DNA of 63,998 bases, counting the filler, from Cercozoa sp. M6MM (Eukaryota > Protista > Endomyxa: Ascetosporea): the NCBI GenBank assembly GCA_040357565.1. It is 11 parts of 11 records of this genome, joined end to end, with 100 filler letters (N's around TTAATTAATTAA, not from the genome) between each part and the next. Parts side by side here need not be neighbours in the genome. Positions count along the whole stretch, not along the records: positions 54,182 to 55,843 come from JBDODJ010001955.1; positions 55,944 to 59,147 come from JBDODJ010001560.1; positions 59,248 to 62,378 come from JBDODJ010001600.1; positions 62,479 to 63,998 come from JBDODJ010002007.1; 7 more parts are not named here. One strand, 5' to 3'. Under the pieces are notes generated by a model that worked only from the letters and a program-made list of their open reading frames with translations, made no database searches and was not told the origin of the DNA. The first letter of the stretch is position 1; each line of letters starts with the position of its first letter. Positions 54,082 through 63,998 of the stretch are shown here, piece after piece. The position numbers and the translations under genes are program-made.

Positions 54082-54977
54082 NNNNNNNNNNNNNNNNNNN
54101 NNNNNNNNNNNNNNNNNNNNNNNNNTTAATTAATTAANNNNNNNNNNNNNNNNNNNNNNNNNNNNNNNNNNNNNNNNNNNNGCGTTCTCGTCGCTGTCCT
54201 GCGAACTACGGGGGGGGGGGTAAACAGGGGGGTAAGGGGTAAACAGGGGGGGGGTAAGCGAGTAAACAAGGGGGTAGTAGCAGGGGGGGGGGGTAAACAG
54301 GGGGGTACAAGAGCACACGCGACGCGCCAGCCAGCGGTAGCGACGTTCGAACCAGGTCCAAATCCTGTCCATTTGGACCACACACATATTAAAGGAACAC
54401 CATGTTTCTTAAGAGTGCGGCTTCTACGTAGTGCTCGAGTGCCAACAGACGCATGTGCTCGTGCAGTGCAGCATCACTGCGCACCGACAGTTTCGCCCCC
54501 TTAATCACCCCCTCACCCCTCTACCGACCCTCATGTGTCGTGAAAAGATACCCTCCACCGTGCGCCACAGTGGCATGGTCGTACAGCGACTTCTGCAGTC
54601 GCTTGCACACCTCGCGCTTTATGTTCTACGCGCCGGTACATTTGGACTTGATTCGGACAGCCATGACATTTTGTTAAGGACACGCATAGCACGCCTCCTG
54701 TACTGCACTGTACTGTACCACTTTGACACCACCGATCGCCATCGACGGCAGCGACAGCAGTGCTTGCCAGTGCACGTCAGATGCACCCTTAAACACACCA
54801 AAAATAAGCAAAAACCAGTGCTGGGAACTGAAAACTGAAAAAACTTTACCTCACGCAACGAGGGCTGATTCAGTGCTAAGGCGTGTGCATGCAGCCTTAG
54901 ATCGCGCTGTGGCCAAAAACAGTCAATCGTGCGTGTGCAACTTTTTTGCCAGTTTGTGTGTGGTGTGTTTTCCTACC

Positions 54978-55843
54978 TCAATGGCGACAGTCATGGGCTC
55001 GATGATCTCGCTCTGTGCGCACAGCACGCGTAGGTGCCCGCTTGCTTAATGACCTAGAGAAACGCACCTGTATCACGCGGGCAATGTCGGGATCATCAAG
55101 TGCCTCCACCAGCAACGGCAGCGCACTGGCCAGTGTGCCCTGTGTTATATGCACAGATAGAGCAATAGATAGACCGCCCAGTACAGATAGACCAGTACAG
55201 ATAGACCAGTACAGATAGACCAAATACAGATAGACCAGTACAAATAGACCAGTTATAATACAGTGGCACAAATACACATTGGTAGAAACTGGACCAGTAC
55301 AACTGGACCGCATGGTGTACCGGGTTGCGTGTCACGAGTTGCAGCAGCACGCGCAGCACGTGCTGGCCGAGCGAGGCAACGACGCGCGCATCGGCGCACT
55401 GCGACAGCACGGCACGCGGCGTCAGCACGCCCAGCAACCACGCGTGCACGCGCATCGACGGTGCACTAGGGGGTCAGAAGGGGGGTAAACTGGGGGGTAA
55501 AAAGGGGGTAAGAAGGGGGGGTAAGAAGGGGGTAAGAAGGGGGGTAAAAAGGGGGTAAGAAGGGGGGTAAGAAGGGGGGTAAAGCCTACCCCAGCGGCAG
55601 CATGTCGCAACACACGCCGAGTGCCACCTGACACGACCGCAGTCGCGGCTGGTTCTGCGTCCATTTGGACCGCACACACACACACATAGACAGGTACATT
55701 TGTACACATACTGTAGCCACACATACATACTGTAGCCCCACACACATACTGTAGCCACACACATGTACAGTGTAGCCACACAACACACATAAGATACCTG
55801 CGACAGAATGCGCGTGATCAGTTCGACCAGACGCGCGATGCAG
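54978..55843 (-). CDS. Unknown helical (HEAT-like) protein C-terminus, 5' partial
   Basis: Exons such as GTLASALPLLVEALDDPDIARVIQ and RVHAWLLGVL..HVLRVLLQLV are separated by repeat-filled introns. Confidence 0.4.
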
Positions 55844-55943
55844 NNNNNNNNNNNNNNNNNNNNNNNNNNNNNNNNNNNNNNNNNNNNTTAATTAATTAAN
55901 NNNNNNNNNNNNNNNNNNNNNNNNNNNNNNNNNNNNNNNNNNN

Positions 55944-55995
<52 letters not shown>

Positions 55996-56565
55996 TGGTG
56001 CGTCAGGTGCGCAAACTCGTCGTGTGGCTCTCCTCGCTGTCGCCGTCGCACTGCTCAGGCTTTGCGCTCTCGGTAAACTCGCACTTCCAGTCCCCCAACT
56101 GAAGTATGCGTACACTATGTGATCAGGTGGACGGCCTGCGCAACCTGCAGCATGGTCGCTTTCTCACTTTGCTGCCGCCTGCCGATCGCGAGGCGGAAGA
56201 GGGCAGCAAACATGAGGAACGCGAAGATGCCACGGCCACTTTCGTCACTGTTCCGTGCGTCCACTTTGCGCTTGCATTCGTTTGTTTCAGTTTCGGTTTC
56301 TGAAAACAGGTGACCGAGCAACGCGTAACTAGGGGACGACGGCCTCGCAATTAGTGTATTGTCACAGTGTGTGTAATTGGCACCGATACAACACAGCATC
56401 AAACCTCGGGTTAGACTGTGATCAGTTGATCTGATGGGTTGGTGGTCAACTGACCTGTCGAACCACGAGTGCCCAAATAACTTTGCAATGCGTGCAGCAG
56501 TGTGCTAGTGTACTAAAGATGTCGGATCAGGACCGGATACACTTGTTTCCGCAGGTGTGCAACAT

Positions 56566-57798
56566 ATGGTTCGATGGCCGAGATGGGTGTACAGCATTCT
56601 TTGTTTGTGCGAGCAGACTGGTCAAGAGCCCGTGGCGCTAAACAGCGACGTGCACAACTTTGTCGTTGTGCTCGTCATAATGGCTGCGCTTTTCTGGGTA
56701 CAGTGGTTTGTGAGAAACGCGAGTAAACGCCCTCAGACTGATTGGTCGATAGGCTTGTCGGCTCACCGTACGTGGTATTCGGCTTCGTGAGGTAGCTGTG
56801 CTTGCAGTATGTTGCTGCAGAAGTGTTGCAGTTTTGTGTGTGTCTGCTCAGCTGTCGCTGGCGCTGTCGACGCATTCGCTGGTGCGTCTGGACGTGGTGG
56901 GCAACACGTCGGAGCTGTGGGGCGCCTCCAGATGTACTGCCTTCCAGCCCGAATTGTGCTCTATCCTTCAGGTTCGTCTGTGCTAACTTGCTGATGTGCA
57001 CTCCACGCAGCACGAATCAGACAGGCCGTGCGACAGAAACTGGTAACACACGAAGTACTTGTAGCCATGTGGAAGCTGCATTCTCCCTGCAGGGCAGGTA
57101 CCGCGTGCGTGCCATGGCCGAGGTGCGGCCGCCGTTGTTTGTGCGCAAGCAGGTGCGACTCGAACGGCCGAACGACTCGACAGCGAACGCGATTCGACTC
57201 TGTCTGAGCTTGGCGTGGAACGACGCGCCTCTGCGCAGTGAGGAGGTGTCTCTTGTCCCCCTGTTCCCTGTCCCGTCCCCTGTGCTACCCAACCCAATGA
57301 CACTTGGACACAGGTGCACATCTACGCATGTGACCACGACAACGACTTCACCGACGACACCGACAACAACAACAACAACAGCAACAACAACAACAACAAT
57401 AATGATCGAAGGCGAAGCAGGAGGTGTGTGTGTGTGCCCTATACTTGACTTGTACAGATGGGACCCTCCTGTGCCTGTGTAGTGTACAGGTGCAACGCAC
57501 GTCAATGGACGACTGGTGTGCGCGGATCGGCGACGTCGTGTCCGCGCGGTTGCAAATTCAGTATCTGGTATGACAGGGTTGTTTGGATGTGTGTCTGTGT
57601 GTCTGTATGTCTGTATGTCTGTATGTCTGTGTGTCTGTGTGTCTGTATGTCTGTGTGTCTGTGTGTGTGTATTTGTGTGTGTGTGTGAATACAAAGAATG
57701 AAGAGATCAAGAAGGAAGTCGCCGTTCAGTGCGAAGAACTCTGCCTTGACTTGCCTGTTGATGGTAGATCTACCCCCCCCCCCCCCTTCCTCCATCCC

Positions 57799-57877
<79 letters not shown>

Positions 57878-58380
57878 CTTCAGAGGACCTGAGTCAGGTG
57901 GACGACTTGTGGCACGTGATCGGCGAGTTGCGAATCGAACTGCGACTCAGACTGCACGACGGCTCTTCGGTACCCTGTTCACAGGTCTGATGACATGGGA
58001 CGCTACCTGCCTGTCTCTGGTGCGAGCAGGTGCAGCAGCTGCTCACGCTGCGAGACGGAGCGATAATGCAGCACGTGTGGACACTGCCGGATTGCGTGCT
58101 CATGCTGCACGCACTGTACGGCATGTCTCGCAGGTGTCTTAGACCCTCCTACTCCCTCCTACCCCCTCCTACCCCCCCGTGAAGAGGTGAGACGAGAGTT
58201 ATGTGTAGTGAGTCTGATGATATGGGCGACGCCTGTGTCGTGTGCCTGAGTGCGGCCAGGGACACGTGTCTCCTGCCGTGCCGGCACTGCTGTCTGTGCC
58301 TGCGGTGTGCGCAGCCACTCGACAAGTGTCCCGTGTGCCGCACTGCTGTCACGTCCTTCCTTCGCACTGCACCGAGTGAG

Positions 58381-58414
<34 letters not shown>

Positions 58415-58419
58415 CATGA
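56566..58419 (+). CDS. RING-HC E3 ligase with N-terminal TM segment (CGRRF1/MGRN1-like)
   Basis: TM segment FVVVLVIMAALFWVQWF, then LMLHALYG and CVVCLSAARDTCLLPCRHCCLCLRCAQPLDKCPVCR. Both ends are approximate. Confidence 0.75.
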
Positions 58420-58952
58420 GAAAACACTCCGTTGTCGCTTCTCTTTTTTACGTGTTTAATATATAGACCAAAGAATCGGCGCAGTCGTCTCACTGCGCGA
58501 CAGTGCCGCTCTTGAGGTGTGCATTTTGAACTCATGTTTTTGCCCAAATAAACGATTCCTCGTGACCTTACTTCGTTAGGCGCTTCTGCGAGCGGAGAAA
58601 CGACACACCGAAAGCGCAGCCGTGCGTGTGCGGATTGAATCGCCTCGGTCAGCTTCGGTCATTTCGTGACAGCAACCGAACGGGAACATCGTTTTCCGTT
58701 CTCCGGGCATAGTTAGATGTTTGGACAGTGTTTCATAACCCCCAAGTCTGTTTTGATGTCAAAAATGTCATAATTACCCCTTTTAGCAGCGCGGGCACAC
58801 CTCGAGAAAGCGGAATACGTAATCTGCGTAAATTACCCTCAGCGACAGGTTTTACGCAGATTACTCCTCGCTTTTAGGGTGATCGCTTGGTTAGTTAGCA
58901 CTCCCACTAACGTGCCAAGTAGTGCGGCGGTCTTAGATCGCATCCCCGGGAA

Positions 58953-59147
58953 GTTACTCAAAAATTACTCAAGAATTACTCAATATCATTGAGTAATTAC
59001 TCATCATTTTTGAGTAATTACTCATCGTTTTTGAGTAATATTTGAGTAATTACTGATGGTTTTGAGTAATTACTCATAATTTTTGAGTAATTACTCGTCA
59101 TTTTGAGTAATAATTGAGTAATTACTGTTGATTTTGAGTAAAATTTG
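58953..59147. repeat. Tandem array of palindromic (TTTT)GAGTAATTACTC(AT) units at a contig end
   Basis: Directly visible degenerate 11-21-bp units. Confidence 0.9.
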
Positions 59148-59247
59148 NNNNNNNNNNNNNNNNNNNNNNNNNNNNNNNNNNNNNNNNNNNNTTAATTAAT
59201 TAANNNNNNNNNNNNNNNNNNNNNNNNNNNNNNNNNNNNNNNNNNNN

Positions 59248-59290
<43 letters not shown>

Positions 59291-59308
59291 GTAATGTGTG
59301 TGGGTTAG

Positions 59309-59528
59309 GTACACGCGAGACGTGATCTCGGTGTTCGCCGACCTGGGCGACGTGTTCCCGAAGTCGCAGATGCAATGGGCCACCGGTGCGCTGATGCAGT
59401 GCTCTCCCGTGTCCGAGAGTATGAGGAGATATCTGGCCGACGAGCTGAGGGAGCACCCGAACTCGCTGCTGGAGCGACTCGAATCGATACTGAACACCAT
59501 CCGACTTGGCGGCGCTGTGGTTACTTAG
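59309..59528 (+). CDS. Final exon of an unknown helical protein (importin-beta-like is tentative)
   Basis: Follows a (TG)n intron and AG, and reads YTRDVISVFADLGDVFP...LESILNTIRLGGAVVT*. Confidence 0.4.
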
Positions 59529-60664
59529 CTTGTTACTGCGGCTCAACTGCGGCCCAATGGCCCAATCAATAAGGGAAGGAGACAAAATAGATCAGTTCGT
59601 TAGATGAGTCGTCACTCAGTCGAGTTGAGTCAACGCTGGAACTGAAGGTGAAAACCCCTACTCGGCCGAAGGAAGACGTCCTTGGTCGTATTAATGCGTT
59701 TAACAAAAACTCCGCTTGCGAACACACGACGAAGTGAGTGAAATGGAAACCAGCCAATGAGCTTACTGACCAGGCTGAAGCCGTGACGGAGCTTCTGCTT
59801 CTTTGCGAGGACTCTGTCCAAGCAAGATCTACAGCAACAGCAATCCACTGAGCCAGTAGTTAGGTCTCACAGCAAATTACCAAGCCTAAACGCTCTTAAA
59901 CTTCTCTCCTATCTCGCTTGCTGAGACATGAACGACGACCTCAACGCGGACGCGTCGCAGCAATGACTGAAAGTGTGCAGTAACAATTTTAGTTGCATGC
60001 AGCTTCTACTTGCCGAATCAGTCATAGTAACGGTCTGGACTGACTCTATAGCCTACCCAACACTGGCTCGCAATTCACATTCAGAGTGGGAAGCGCTGCA
60101 GCCCCCACTGAGCACCAGGTCATGTTCAGTCCAACCTTGAAGATTTCCTGAAGGACTATAAAAGGGGAGTTGGATGGCCCCATTCTAAGTGGGCGATGGA
60201 ATACGGTCATGCGCTTGTGACCCACCCCAGGTTTCTGAACAGACTGTACTAACGAGGTCATGTTCGTACAGCGTGCGAGTGCGCCTTGGACAATCCTATT
60301 GTTAGCTCCCTCCAAACCCGACCGCCGTAGATCGATTCTGTCGTGCCGAAGGTACGTGTTGCAGTTGCCCTGGTCACATCTTCCCTCGCTTGTCTCGGGA
60401 CCATATGCTGGCGTCGTCAGGGTTTGTCATCGCACAGCCCGCTAAAGCGTCAGCATTTATTTAAATCTAACTCGATCAGATTTTGTTCCTTGTGCTGAAA
60501 ATGTCAGACTCTGTTTAAGGGGGCGACAGAAATTCAAGCAACTTTCACTGTGCATTTGCAGCCCGTCTCGGGGTATCAACTCTGGTAGTAGCGTATATGC
60601 ACTTAAAAAAACTGCCTCTGTAATGCAATCGCGATTCGCGGAAACCATTTCATTATTATTTTAG

Positions 60665-62232
<1,568 letters not shown>

Positions 62233-62242
62233 GCGTTGGTTC

Positions 62243-62378
<136 letters not shown>

Positions 62379-62479
62379 NNNNNNNNNNNNNNNNNNNNNN
62401 NNNNNNNNNNNNNNNNNNNNNNTTAATTAATTAANNNNNNNNNNNNNNNNNNNNNNNNNNNNNNNNNNNNNNNNNNNNA

Positions 62480-63971
62480 AACGCTTATACATCAATGTCA
62501 TGCGAGCTAGCGAGAGTGTCGGCGACGCGATCGACGTTGCCGACTCGGGGCAGCGGCGACGGCGCTCGCTCCTCCTGTAGCTGCTCCCTGGCCTGGAAGG
62601 ATTGCTCTCTCTGCGCGGGGTGGGAGTAAACAGGGGGTAAATAGGGGGTAAACAAGGGGGTAAATAGGGGATAAACAGGTGGTAAACAGGGGAGTTAAAC
62701 AGAGGGAAGTAAACAGGGGAGACAGAGAGGGGGATAAACAGGGGGGCTAACCTGCAGCAGCAGCGTGTCGAGGTGCGCGCGCGACAAGGCACACGGCTGC
62801 ACCAGGTTGGCCACCAGTGAGGTCAGTCCGGGACACGTGGCCGACTCTGCGTGACCACACAGTGCCCACACAGTGATCGCACAGTCAGAGTGACCACATA
62901 GAGTGATCGATCAGAGTGATCGATCTGGAAAACGTACCGGCCAGAACCGACAGTCGCAGAGCGTCTGGTGCCACCAGCTGCACGTTCGGGAACCTACGCC
63001 CAAGTCAGTCAGTCAGTCAGTCAGCTACTCGTCAGTGGGCAGCCCTTCCCCCGTCAGTGGGCACGTGCCCTCCCAGTTGACACATGTCCCCCCTGACCGA
63101 GTGTACCGCAGGAGCGAGTGCTGCCACATCTTGTGCTTGTCCAACAGGGGTTCGCCCAGCACGCAGAACAGTGGCTACACAGGTCGGTACAGACAGACAA
63201 ACAGTCCAAATGTACCGTACACATACTGTAGCCACCTCTAATGTAGCCATCCCTCATGTAGCCAGCAGGTTACCAAGGCCGGATGTCGATGTTTGATGGC
63301 CAGCGCCTTGAACAGCGTCGCCACGTCGCAAAGGGGGTAGGCAGGGGGGTAAAAGGGGGTAGGCAGGGGGTAAAAGGGGGTAAACAGGGGGGTAAACAGG
63401 GGGGTAAAACTACTGCGGCTCGCGCGCCGACGACAGCAGCACGGCGGCGGCGGCGTCGACGAGTTTGGCGCGCATCGTGTCGCCCGCCGACAGCGGCGAT
63501 CCCACCAGCACGTGCACAAAGGCGTGGTACCTTTGGCACACACACTCACTCAATCACTCACTCAGGTGGTTACTCGCCCACGTGGTCACACACGTGGTCA
63601 CCCACGTGGTCACTCTTGTGGTCACTGATGATTCAGCTGGGTACCACTGCGATGTCACAAAGCCGCGCACCGTGGCTGCATCGCCTGCCGGGGAATAATG
63701 GGGGGTAGACAGGGTGTAAGCAAGGGTATAGGGGGAAAACAGGGAGCTACCACCAGGAGGCAGCACAACGACGAGCTTGTAGTCGGCGTCCCTCATGCAG
63801 CTACAATCGGTACAAATGGACAAAGTCTGTATCTGAAGGTGCCCACAAAAGCTGGCTACAAAAGCTGGCTACAGTGGCTACACAAGGCCGGTACAAACTG
63901 TACCGAAAAAAGGAACTCAAAAAAGCGTCGACGCCGTCGGCGCCGTCTTCCGGAACAAACACGACCACATC
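62480..63971 (-). CDS. Slo/BK-type Ca-activated K+ channel, RCK1 region (partial at both ends)
   Basis: Contains VDAFLSSFF, VLVGSPLSAGDTMRAKLVDAAAAVLLS (cf. GS.L...DL.R.K...A.AC.IL), DVATLFKALAIKHRHP (cf. D..NIMRVISIKNYHP) and ATCPGLTSLVANL. Confidence 0.72.
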
Positions 63972-63998
63972 TGCACCAGGGGGGGGGGGGTAAAGGGA

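Noticed and set aside
58953-59147. CRISPR-like periodicity (also at 18400-18720)
   Set aside because: No unique spacers and no cas genes, in a eukaryotic context.

Overview
The window is eukaryotic, most likely a compact protist draft assembly. It concatenates about 11 contigs or scaffolds joined by N-padded TTAATTAATTAA linkers and also has three 100-N scaffold gaps. Genes are dense and use the standard code. Introns are GT-AG (one GC-AG), mostly about 50-90 nt, with poorly conserved donor sequences. Recognisable genes are a SAMHD1-like HD hydrolase, CCDC61/VFL3 head-to-head with a SAS-4/CENPJ-like gene, PP2C, an amino-acid transporter, a BORCS8-like gene, the SMC4 3' end, a PAN2-like pseudo-UCH fragment, an RBR E3 ligase, U6 snRNA, EMC3, mitochondrial bL33, a bacterial-type sugar-phosphate isomerase, a SNF2/RING helicase, an annexin, an MTA/SAH deaminase, a non-canonical poly(A) polymerase, a RING ligase, dihydrolipoamide dehydrogenase and a Slo/BK channel. 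There are also two orphan secreted proteins and two near-identical copies of an APE-RT-RNase H non-LTR retrotransposon. The most striking unexplained pattern is that longer introns are filled with tandem repeats oriented to transcription: (TG)n and (TTTACCCC)-like units sit on the sense strand. All gene models were spliced by eye, so boundaries are approximate and family calls rest on remembered motifs, not database searches.
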